From the NCBI GenBank assembly GCA_964538435.1, contig CAZIDX010000001.1:203304-267303 (forward strand): DNA of 64,000 nucleotides, written 5' to 3'. The notes beneath the pieces were generated by a model that searched no databases, was not told the DNA's origin, and worked only from the letters and a program-made list of their open reading frames with translations. Shown here in pieces: positions 9,664-17,362 of the stretch. Every line of letters starts with the position of its first letter. Positions within the stretch are counted from its first letter, which is position 1. The position numbers and the translations under genes are program-made. This DNA is from an uncultured Gammaproteobacteria bacterium (GTDB lineage: Bacteria > Patescibacteriota > Patescibacteriia > UBA9934 > GWF2-40-263).

Positions 9664-10713
9664 TCACTTTTTCCAAGAAGTTTTACCTAAAACTATGTAA
9701 TAGAAAACTTTAGAGATTGCAAAAAATACCGCAACCGTTACCACAATAAACCAAGAACCTATTTCAGGATCATCAAGGTAAAGGGCCCATCCCAACAACA
9801 ATGTTAGCACAAGAGCAACGACATACAGCACCTTTAAGAATCTAAACCAAACCTTGCCTTGCAGTGGATTCTGAGAAACTGGATGTGCTGTGGTGGCATC
9901 GGCTTGTTCTGGAGATGCAACATTGTTCATGTACTCTTCAGGTTTACCAAAAAGACCCTCTGCTAATTCTGAGATGCGTTGGAGCAATTCAGATTCTTTT
10001 TTTGATGACTGTTCTAACAATCGAGTTGCTCTATCCACTCTCAACTTCATTTCTGTTGCGGAAATTTGTTTGGGCATTACCCCATCATTGTCTACAACAA
10101 TTGCTGGAATGATTCTTTCAATTGCAAGATTCTCTTCAAGGGCAGTTGCGGCATCCTTTCTTGCATCCTGTAGTTGATTAACCAAACCATTCCACTCGCT
10201 AAAGTTAGCACCTAAAACTTTAATGGAATCTTCTTGGCTATACTTATGCAATTTTTTGAAATCAATTTTCTTCAAAAATGACTCTATTCGCAACAACAGT
10301 GAAGCAACAACCTCCTGTTGTGTAAGCACACTTTCAAAAACCCGCTCCTCATAAACATCAATGATTTGCATTGCCGTTTTTGCAAGTTTCAAATTCTCCT
10401 CTTGGGTTTGAGTGTTATTAGGATCAGACAAAAGATCAGAAATTCTCTGCAAAGCCACAAAAGCATCATTCTCATCCTTGTGATCAAAATGAAAAGCAAG
10501 ATAGGACCCTTGTTTAATAGACGCTTTCTGAACCTCAGTTCCCAAAGCAATCAACAACTTCAAATTCCGATAATCAATTTTTGATTGTTCATATTCTTCG
10601 CGTGCTTTATCAATCTTTTTCTTGAAAAGGGTAAAAGGGTCAGGTCTATATATGATACTACTTTCTAGATATCTGTCCGATTGTTGAACAGTGAAGCCCG
10701 AGATGTTTCGCAA
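9664..10713 (-). CDS. Coiled-coil protein with C-terminal 2-TM region (possible membrane effector). N-terminus runs into IS-derived sequence, so the gene is likely 5'-truncated.
   Basis: C-terminus …VWFRFLKVLYVVALVLTLLLGWALYLDDPEIGSWFIVVTVAVFFAISKVFYYIVLG has two predicted TM helices. The first ~27 codons (10633-10713) lie in another frame inside the duplicated transposase 3' end and IR. Confidence 0.4.
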   Translation of the reverse strand: MRNISGFTVQQSDRYLESSIIYRPDPFTLFKKKIDKAREEYEQSKIDYRNLKLLIALGTEVQKASIKQGSYLAFHFDHKDENDAFVALQRISDLLSDPNNTQTQEENLKLAKTAMQIIDVYEERVFESVLTQQEVVASLLLRIESFLKKIDFKKLHKYSQEDSIKVLGANFSEWNGLVNQLQDARKDAATALEENLAIERIIPAIVVDNDGVMPKQISATEMKLRVDRATRLLEQSSKKESELLQRISELAEGLFGKPEEYMNNVASPEQADATTAHPVSQNPLQGKVWFRFLKVLYVVALVLTLLLGWALYLDDPEIGSWFIVVTVAVFFAISKVFYYIVLGKTSWKK

Positions 10714-11032
10714 TTTCAGTACTCAAATATCCACATCTAAACCTTGCAAACTTGATAGCATTATCTCGTTCTTGTTTTGATGAAACCCCTTCAAATATTT
10801 CATCAAGTGTGGGTCTGCCAACAATTCGTTGTAAAAGGGTCAGGTCTATATATGATGCTACTTTCTCGATATCTGTCCGATTGTTGAACAGTGAAGCCCG
10901 AGATGTTTCGCAATTTCAGTACTCAAATATCCACATCTAAACCTTGCAAACTTGATAGCATTATCTCGTTCTTGTTTTGATGAAACCCCTTCAAATATTT
11001 CATCAAGTGTGGGTCTGCCAACAATTCGTTGT
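10633..11032. repeat. 200-bp tandem duplication (10633-10832 and 10833-11032, 2 mismatches) covering the left IR and the 3' end of the transposase gene
   Basis: Direct comparison of the two 200-nt units. Confidence 0.85.
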
Positions 11033-11740
11033 TCTCTTGGATACTCTTTGAGCTGTTCAGAGCCGTTTGTATGATTCTCCCAAATCCAATGAACATACTG
11101 AGGAGACCCAAGTATAAATCCATTCGTGAGATCATTATATGGATTATCCGCAGCAATACCATCCATCACAAACTTTCTATACTGTTTCTGTGCTTCTTTT
11201 CTCTCATCTCCAAATAAACTTAGTATCCAATCTGTGTGCAACCACTCAGGACATTTACTCGTTCCTGCTGTGTGTTGGTAACTACTCCACTTCCATTTTT
11301 TGGGATGGTCGCAGAGAGAATCGCGAACCGGGTTCAAGACAATATATCGAGAAACAGCTAGAAGATAGGTGTCTTTTTCTATAACGAATGCCTTGTAGCG
11401 TCCTTGCATCAAATGTCCGACTGTTTTGTGTCGTGCGTTAAAAGATTGCGTGTAGTTTCCATTAATGTCACGCATAGCTTTTGAGAGATTTCCATCAGGG
11501 GTCTCGATAAGTAAGTGGTAATGGTTGTCCATCAAACAATATGCATGAACGATGAGATTGTGTAGTTCAACAGCATCCTGAATCATTTCAAGAAAAAGAA
11601 GACGATCCTTGTCTTCTTTGTAAATATTTTGATAGCCATTACCTCTAGACATCACATGATAGAGGGCTCCAGGATATTCAACTCTCAGTGGTCTTGCCAT
11701 ATGGTTGATTGTAACACATCCTCATATATAGACCTGACCC
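10837..11740 (-). mobile_element. IS200/IS605-like (Y1 HUH transposase) element bounded by 19-bp perfect inverted repeats GGGTCAGGTCTATATATGA, RAYT/REP-like organisation
   Basis: IR at 10837-10855 and its reverse complement at 11722-11740 flank the single transposase ORF. Extra solo or partial IR copies at 1459-1503, 10637-10655 and 7685-7698. Confidence 0.6.
10858..11700 (-). CDS. Y1 (HUH) tyrosine transposase, IS200-like TnpA fused to a DnaA-domain-IV-like C-terminal HTH
   Basis: LYHVMSRGN … CLMDNHYHLLIE (HuH motif) … RYIVLNPV. C-terminus LSTEIAKHLGLHCSTIGQISRK resembles the DnaA C-terminal DNA-binding helix. Confidence 0.8.
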   Translation of the reverse strand: MARPLRVEYPGALYHVMSRGNGYQNIYKEDKDRLLFLEMIQDAVELHNLIVHAYCLMDNHYHLLIETPDGNLSKAMRDINGNYTQSFNARHKTVGHLMQGRYKAFVIEKDTYLLAVSRYIVLNPVRDSLCDHPKKWKWSSYQHTAGTSKCPEWLHTDWILSLFGDERKEAQKQYRKFVMDGIAADNPYNDLTNGFILGSPQYVHWIWENHTNGSEQLKEYPREQRIVGRPTLDEIFEGVSSKQERDNAIKFARFRCGYLSTEIAKHLGLHCSTIGQISRK

Positions 11741-11756
11741 CATAGCACAACTTCAA

Positions 11757-11843
11757 AACCTCCTGACTCGACTGAGCATGTACAAAACCACCTGACGTAA
11801 AAAACAAACTTATAACAAAGACTGCAAAAAGATATTTTTTCAT
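11757..11843 (-). pseudogene. Duplicated 5' fragment of the yibE/F-like gene (promoter plus first ~29 codons) fused to the IS right end
   Basis: 11757-11893 is ~96% identical to 1273-1409. Translating from the ATG at 11841-11843 gives MKKYLFAVFVISLFFTSGGFVHAQSSQEV, then reads into IS sequence. Confidence 0.55.
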
Positions 11844-11916
11844 ACAAGGGAAATTATAACAGATCAGACACCACTCACTTCAAACAAAAAACCACAGCAA
11901 TGCTGTGATTTTTTGT

Positions 11917-11991
11917 TGGCTCGGGGGGTGGGGTTCGAACCCACGACCCACTGGTTAACAGCCAGTTGCTCTGCCACTGAGCTACCCCCGA
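11917..11991 (-). tRNA. tRNA-Asn (anticodon GTT), CCA encoded
   Basis: Reverse complement folds as TCGGGGG-TA-GCTCAGTGGCAGAGC-A-ACTGG-CTGTTAA-CCAGT-GGGTC-GTGGGTTCGAACCCCAC-CCCCCGA-G-CCA. Confidence 0.85.
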
Positions 11992-12233
11992 ACGTTTTCG
12001 TCTAGCCATTTCCTTCCTTGCACACATTTGAGAAACCTCTCTCTTTTCATGGCTTCAGACTTTGTTTGATACTCTTCTACATGGATTAAACTAAATGGCC
12101 CATTTTGTCTAGTCCATTGATTTGTACCAGTTAGGTGTTCATGCAATCGTACATTAACATCCCTGCTTGTAAAACCAACGTATCTTTTGTTGTTTTTTGT
12201 ACTACGCAAGACGTAGACCGAATATTTCTTCAT
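11982..12233 (-). CDS. GIY-YIG nuclease-domain protein (UPF0213/YhbQ-like)
   Basis: YSVYVLRSTKNNKRYVGFTSRDVNVRLHEH. The 3' end overlaps the tRNA-Asn 5' end by ~10 nt. Confidence 0.65.
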   Translation of the reverse strand: MKKYSVYVLRSTKNNKRYVGFTSRDVNVRLHEHLTGTNQWTRQNGPFSLIHVEEYQTKSEAMKRERFLKCVQGRKWLDENVRG

Positions 12234-12237
12234 ACAG

Positions 12238-12329
12238 CCCCCGCCGGAGGCGGGTCCGCCTTTGGCGGAAGTTGCTCTGCCACAAAGCTCTGACCGAAGG
12301 TCAGTCCGCCTCTGGCGGAACCCCCGAAT
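12238..12329. other. tRNA-Asn 5'-half-like fragment interrupted by four 13-15-nt GC hairpins with tetraloops (possible ncRNA or att-site remnant)
   Basis: AGTTGCTCTGCCACAAAGCTC … ACCCCCGAA matches the tRNA-Asn antisense CAGTTGCTCTGCCACTGAGCTACCCCCGAA. Hairpins: CCCGCCggagGCGGG, TCCGCCtttGGCGGA, CTGACCgaagGTCAG, TCCGCCtctGGCGGA. Confidence 0.5.
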
Positions 12330-12471
12330 CTATTCTTTTCTCAAAGAACGAGGAGAGTATAGCAAAAACCAACACCACGCGCAAGGGTCTAAATCCACAT
12401 GCAAACTCTTGAAGTTTTTACTCCTTCATGTTAAACAAACCACGGCAAAACAACCCCCTGGAGAACACCAG

Positions 12472-13326
12472 ATGCCCATCAAACTCGTTGTCACTGACTT
12501 CGACGGCACCATGACCGACGCTGAAGCCGAAGGCCTCCCCTTCATCGAGAGCTACACCGAGATGCTCCTGCACCTCACTGGCCTGGACACCGGGACCTTC
12601 TACGCACTCTTCGACGGCATGTCGCAGCAGATCCATGAGCACCCGCACAAGCACGGTGTGAAAAAGGGTGGAATCATGGTGGCACCTGCCATCGTGGACC
12701 CGTACCTGCGCATGCAGACGATTGCTGGCATGATCTTCGACCGCGAAGGGCTGTTCACAGACTCGCGCGACCGAGCCAACCTGCTCGAGATGATGTTCAG
12801 GGCCAGCTACGCCAAAACCGATGTCGTGCCTCGTCTAGGCGCTGTCGAGCTTCTCACCGCACTCACCCAGAGCAGCGACCTCGACACCTGCATCGTGACC
12901 AATGCACGGACCAAGAGCGTTCAGCACAAACTCGAAGTCATGGGCATGAACTCTGGCAGCATTCCGCTTTGCGCAAATGCCCAGAAATTCTTCATCGGAG
13001 ACGATCCCGCTCGCATCCCCGAGCGCATCCAACTGCTCGAAGAAACCGACGATCACCGCTGGATCTACCCGCGCCGCAGCAAGTACTACGAGCTGCTGAA
13101 CTTCCTTCGCAGACAGAACGAGCTGGACTGGTCCGAGATCTGCGTCATCGGCGACATCTTCGAACTCGACCTGGCCCTCCCCTTCCTCCTGGGCTGCGAG
13201 GTCATCCTGATCGTCAACGACATGACGCCAGGCTACGAAATCGACTGGCTCTCTCGCCTGACAGACGCGCGCGCACGAATCTTCGGCGACCTCAACGACG
13301 TCCGAGGTTACCTCCTCGGATACTAA
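12472..13326 (+). CDS. HAD-superfamily hydrolase (high-GC gene)
   Basis: Motif I VVTDFDGTMTD, RBS GGAG upstream. Start moved from 12262 to the ATG at 12472. Confidence 0.7.
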   Translation: MPIKLVVTDFDGTMTDAEAEGLPFIESYTEMLLHLTGLDTGTFYALFDGMSQQIHEHPHKHGVKKGGIMVAPAIVDPYLRMQTIAGMIFDREGLFTDSRDRANLLEMMFRASYAKTDVVPRLGAVELLTALTQSSDLDTCIVTNARTKSVQHKLEVMGMNSGSIPLCANAQKFFIGDDPARIPERIQLLEETDDHRWIYPRRSKYYELLNFLRRQNELDWSEICVIGDIFELDLALPFLLGCEVILIVNDMTPGYEIDWLSRLTDARARIFGDLNDVRGYLLGY

Positions 13327-13353
13327 CCCCGCCTTGCGGGGTTTTCTGATATA
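13327..13353 (+). terminator. GC hairpin CCCCGCcttgCGGGG plus TTTTCTGATATA (conserved high-GC-block terminator motif)
   Basis: Seen directly. The motif recurs at 14787-14800, 27361-27397, 43758-43770, 62241-62255 (minus strand) and 63427-63439 (minus strand). Confidence 0.6.
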
Positions 13354-13389
13354 CTCTAACTGATCCCGACTAACCCTTAACACAAACCT

Positions 13390-13899
13390 ATGTTAGTCAA
13401 CAACATCCCAACCATGAACATGGACATGTCCGAAACTGGATGCTGTCCAAAATTCCAGCCCCTTGCCTGGGACAACAAAGAAATCGTCCTCGATAACAAG
13501 CTTTTCCTCAAAGTCAAAACAAAAAGCTTCTTGCACATCCCCCTCAACATGAAAGGTGTGTTCATGAAAGCTTGTTCTGACATGCAAAAGCACGAAGCCT
13601 CTCCAACTGACAGTTACATGATCCTCTCGCACGATCCATCTCCTTGGCGAGCCGAGCATTTCTTTGCTGTCACAAAAGAAATCCCAGGATATGAGCATGT
13701 TCGCCTCTCAGGAAACTTCCTTGCCAAAGTTTTTGAAGGCCCATACAAGAACATGCGAAACTGGCACAAAGAACTCGAAGAGCATGTCGCTGGCCACAAC
13801 CGCAAACTCAAAAAAACCTACTTCTTCTACACCACCTGCCCAAAATGTGCTAAACACTGGGGCAAGAACTACGTTGTAGGATTCGCTGAAGTTGAATAG
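13390..13899 (+). CDS. Hypothetical protein (Cys-containing, 169 aa)
   Basis: Intact ORF. Start ambiguous (several Met near the N-terminus). No confident family assignment. Confidence 0.4.
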   Translation: MLVNNIPTMNMDMSETGCCPKFQPLAWDNKEIVLDNKLFLKVKTKSFLHIPLNMKGVFMKACSDMQKHEASPTDSYMILSHDPSPWRAEHFFAVTKEIPGYEHVRLSGNFLAKVFEGPYKNMRNWHKELEEHVAGHNRKLKKTYFFYTTCPKCAKHWGKNYVVGFAEVE

Positions 13900-13901
13900 C
13901 T

Positions 13902-14396
13902 ATGAACTATCTCTTTTGCCCATACTGCGGAGCTGCTTACGAAGACACAACGCAAACACATCTCTTTTGCAATACATGCGGACGAACATTCTGGCAAAAC
14001 TCAAAACCCACAGCCAGCACAGTAATCGTCAACGATCAGGGACAAATATTGCTTGGTAAGCGCGCTGGAGAGCCAATGAAGGATCACTGGGACGTAATCG
14101 GTGGATTCCTCGAGCCAGGAGAAGATCCTGAGGCTGGTGCCATCCGTGAAGCAAAAGAAGAAACAGGCTACAACGTAAAAATCACCTCATATCTTGGAAT
14201 ATTCACAGATCTCTACAGCGAGGAAAAAATCCCAACCCTCAACATCGCGTATTTGGCAAAAATCATTGACGGAACTGAGAAACCACAAGACGATATAGCT
14301 GAGCTCAAATGGTTCGATCCAAGCAAAATCCCTGAAAACACAGCTTTCCAGAACGGGAGAGACATGATTGAGGCTTGGAAACAATCAACAAAATAA
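13902..14396 (+). CDS. NUDIX hydrolase with N-terminal zinc ribbon (NudC-like)
   Basis: CPYCGAAYED…CNTCG zinc ribbon. Nudix box GGFLEPGEDPEAGAIREAKEETG. Confidence 0.75.
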   Translation: MNYLFCPYCGAAYEDTTQTHLFCNTCGRTFWQNSKPTASTVIVNDQGQILLGKRAGEPMKDHWDVIGGFLEPGEDPEAGAIREAKEETGYNVKITSYLGIFTDLYSEEKIPTLNIAYLAKIIDGTEKPQDDIAELKWFDPSKIPENTAFQNGRDMIEAWKQSTK

Positions 14397-14407
14397 GCAA
14401 GGACCGC

Positions 14408-14436
14408 TTGACAAAAAGCGGTTTTTGATTTAGTAT
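14408..14436 (+). promoter_or_regulatory. Sigma70-like promoter (TTGACA-17-TAGTAT) overlapping the NUDIX-gene terminator hairpin
   Basis: TTGACA at 14408-14413, TAGTAT at 14431-14436. Hairpin ACCGCttgacaaaaaGCGGTTTTT at 14403-14427. Confidence 0.45.
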
Positions 14437-14462
14437 CTTTAGTTCAAGACCGGAGGTTCATC

Positions 14463-14735
14463 GTGACCGAGACCCGCACGCAAAAGCAATCCGACCTGGC
14501 CTTCTCTGGCCTGCTGTGCAGCATCCTGATGCTCGTGGGTGCGCTCATCGGCGCATACATGATCATCAGTGATTTCCAGGGATCCCTGGGAATCCCCATG
14601 CTGGTCGTCGGAGGGGCCTCGATCGCGAGGCTCTTCATCAATCGACGCCTCAACCACAACACCCCGCTCGCGAAGATCGCGGCAATCTGCGGGGTCTTCC
14701 TGTGCGGAGGAGGGCTTGCCTTCCTCGTGTACTAG
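14463..14735 (+). CDS. Small hydrophobic membrane protein (high GC, GTG start)
   Basis: GGAGG RBS 7 nt upstream of the GTG. ~3 TM helices. Confidence 0.4.
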   Translation: MTETRTQKQSDLAFSGLLCSILMLVGALIGAYMIISDFQGSLGIPMLVVGGASIARLFINRRLNHNTPLAKIAAICGVFLCGGGLAFLVY

Positions 14736-14849
14736 CAGCCCAACGCCGGGCCGCTACCTACCACCTAATGCATCAGCGCAAAGGGTGGTTTTCTGATACT
14801 ATACCCGCTGGAATTGTCATGCTAGAATACTCGCGTAATAACAATCTTT

Positions 14850-15509
14850 ATGAAACTCAAACAAATCTTTGCCTTACTCATCCTTCCATTATTCCTGATG
14901 GGATGTGGAGGAACTTCTGAACCACAAATTGGCGACGAGCTTGTCTGGAATGATTACAAAAAAGTTTCTGTTACAGTCGATGTTGAAATAACTCCAAACC
15001 CTGCAATCTCATCGGACATCTCAACATACATCGGTTCTGCAGCATTTATGATGGATTTCTGGTTTGCTCCTGGAGGTGGTGACCCAATGCATCAGGAGGC
15101 TTCCTGGCAACTCACGGATTACAGACACTATGCATCAGGCAATGCCACCCCTTGTGTTGGAACTCCGGAAGAAGACGCTTGGAAAACTCGAGATCTGGAT
15201 GTAACAGCAACACTCGCACCAACAGACGATGACGAGGATTTGGATGTCTTCAAATTTCACGCCTCAAATCTTCCAATGGGAGAATCTTTCATGGTCACTC
15301 GCCAGTGCGAAGGTATCCCAGCCACATCCCCTGACCCAGCCCTACTCACACAGCTCGTTCTCCCTCTTTATCAAGAACAATGGCAAATTGACATCTGGGA
15401 AGAGACAACCGAAACAACAACTCGAGAGAATGTTGACCTCAATGGCATGGCGCTTGCAGATGTAACAATTACCGCAACCATGAAACGCGTAACCAGTATA
15501 GACGAATAA
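14850..15509 (+). CDS. Lipoprotein (signal peptide with lipobox LMGC)
   Basis: MKLKQIFALLILPLFLMGCGG. Confidence 0.55.
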   Translation: MKLKQIFALLILPLFLMGCGGTSEPQIGDELVWNDYKKVSVTVDVEITPNPAISSDISTYIGSAAFMMDFWFAPGGGDPMHQEASWQLTDYRHYASGNATPCVGTPEEDAWKTRDLDVTATLAPTDDDEDLDVFKFHASNLPMGESFMVTRQCEGIPATSPDPALLTQLVLPLYQEQWQIDIWEETTETTTRENVDLNGMALADVTITATMKRVTSIDE

Positions 15510-15538
15510 TTATCTACTAATCCCCTAATCTAAAAAGT

Positions 15539-15925
15539 ATGAAGGGATACATTACAAATCTAGAATCCGCCACAATCGAAAATACAGACTACCGCCGTGT
15601 TCTCTACACCGACAAAAACAGCCAACTCGTGCTCATGAACATCCAACCTGGTGACGAAATCGGAATGGAGGTTCACGATCTCGATCAGTTCATCCGCATC
15701 GAAGCAGGAACCGGAAAAGCAGTTCTCGACGGCGTGGAGCATGCACTCGAAGACGGATCAGCAATCGTGATCCCAGCCGGCATGAACCACAACGTCATCA
15801 ACACAGGCGAGACCGAGCTTAAGCTCTACAGCGTCTACTCACCACCAGAGCACATGGACGGCACTGTGCACGCGACCAAGGCAGACGAGCAAGAAGAGCA
15901 CTTCGACGGAACAACAACCGAATAA
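15539..15925 (+). CDS. Cupin-domain protein
   Basis: Small beta-barrel pattern …GDEIGMEVHDLDQFIRIEAGTGKAVLDGVEHALEDGSAIVIPAGMNHNVINTG. Confidence 0.55.
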   Translation: MKGYITNLESATIENTDYRRVLYTDKNSQLVLMNIQPGDEIGMEVHDLDQFIRIEAGTGKAVLDGVEHALEDGSAIVIPAGMNHNVINTGETELKLYSVYSPPEHMDGTVHATKADEQEEHFDGTTTE

Positions 15926-15962
15926 TCAAAAAACTCGAGGCTCATCCTCGAGTTTTGCTTTT

Positions 15963-16871
15963 CTAGTGTGTATGCTCGTCGTGATCATGGTCGTGATCAT
16001 CGTGCTCATCTTCATGCACATGAACCTCAAACTCATCAGCATGTTCATGCCCCTCAACCTCTTGCTCGTATTCGTGCTCATGAGCCCCATGATCATGTCC
16101 GTGAGCCTCATGACTATGAGTCATAGACGCCACAACCATAATTGCGATTCCAAGCAAGAAAATAAACACATTTAGTGAAAGTTTCTTCCTGTCAACCTGG
16201 TGCTTAAGCTCTGGTAACAGATCAGCTGCAGCAATGTAAATGAATCCTCCAGCAGCAATCGGGAGCATGATTGGCGCTGCCATTTCAAAGGTTTGAGTCA
16301 AATAATACCCAACAACCCCTCCCAGAACGACAGTAAGTGCGGCTCCGGCGTTTGCCAGTGCTGCCTTTTTTACTTTCCATCCGCTATGAATTAGCACTGC
16401 AAAATCACCAAGCTCCTGTGGAATCTCATGAAGCGCAACTGCTACTGCTGTTGTGATTCCAAGCGCAGGCGACACGATAAACGCCGCAGCAATTATGAGA
16501 CCATCAATGAAATTATGAATCGCATCACTAAAGATCACCAAGTTTGCGTACGGCTTTTCATGATCGCAGGTCTCTGGATTATGATGGCAACTATGCCAAG
16601 AAAAATATTGCTCGAAAAGATAAGAGCCAACAAACGCGACAAGCGTAAGCGCCATCACAGAATACAGACTAATCTCTCCATGATTACTCATCTCAACTGC
16701 TTCGGGAAGCAGGTGCAAAAAAGCTGATCCAAGCATGGTCCCAGCTGCTAAAGCAACAAAACCAAGCAACCCATCATGAAAATGTTTCCTTACTTTCAAA
16801 AGCACAGCCAAGCCGATAAGCGAAAATGAGGCAATGACTGACGTGGCAAGAATGATTTGTAATAGAGTCAT
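15963..16871 (-). CDS. ZIP-family metal (zinc) transporter with His-rich C-terminal tail
   Basis: HNFIDGLIIAAAF (ZupT HNxxDG motif). C-terminal HD/HE-rich tail. Confidence 0.75.
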   Translation of the reverse strand: MTLLQIILATSVIASFSLIGLAVLLKVRKHFHDGLLGFVALAAGTMLGSAFLHLLPEAVEMSNHGEISLYSVMALTLVAFVGSYLFEQYFSWHSCHHNPETCDHEKPYANLVIFSDAIHNFIDGLIIAAAFIVSPALGITTAVAVALHEIPQELGDFAVLIHSGWKVKKAALANAGAALTVVLGGVVGYYLTQTFEMAAPIMLPIAAGGFIYIAAADLLPELKHQVDRKKLSLNVFIFLLGIAIMVVASMTHSHEAHGHDHGAHEHEYEQEVEGHEHADEFEVHVHEDEHDDHDHDHDEHTH

Positions 16872-16879
16872 AGTATAGT

Positions 16880-17362
16880 TTATCCAATTTTACACACAAA
16901 TCGCCGAATAAGCCACTTATAAGGAGGTAGAGCAAGAGACCATGGGAAAATAACAAGCACTGCGGCCAAAACAACATTTGGATCTACAAAAAACTCACCA
17001 GCCAAATAAATTGCCAGCGTAAAATTCATGAACGTAAAGCAAGCAGAAATCGTCACCCGATCCTTACAAGATTCTTTGAAGAGTAAAAAGTACCCGAGCA
17101 AGAGCGAGACAGCAATAAACACTGTCAGCACAATAATCTGATATCCGATCGTAGTTCCAATCCCATCCAAAATCGTTTCTGCCTGACGTGCCACAACACC
17201 AGCGATAAGCAATCCGAGCAAGATGATCGACATAGGCTTAAACCTTGGATACAAAAACCTGATCTGCTTGTTCCAAAAATGACGAACGATCTGCGCAAGC
17301 ACAAACGGAACCAAGATCACCTTTGCCAAACTCACAAACATCCCACCAGCACTCACAGTCAC
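16880..17362 (-). CDS. BASS/AEC-like transporter, C-terminal half (second piece of the split gene)
   Basis: 160-aa polytopic segment contiguous with 17359..17778. Confidence 0.45.
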   Translation of the reverse strand: MTVSAGGMFVSLAKVILVPFVLAQIVRHFWNKQIRFLYPRFKPMSIILLGLLIAGVVARQAETILDGIGTTIGYQIIVLTVFIAVSLLLGYFLLFKESCKDRVTISACFTFMNFTLAIYLAGEFFVDPNVVLAAVLVIFPWSLALPPYKWLIRRFVCKIG

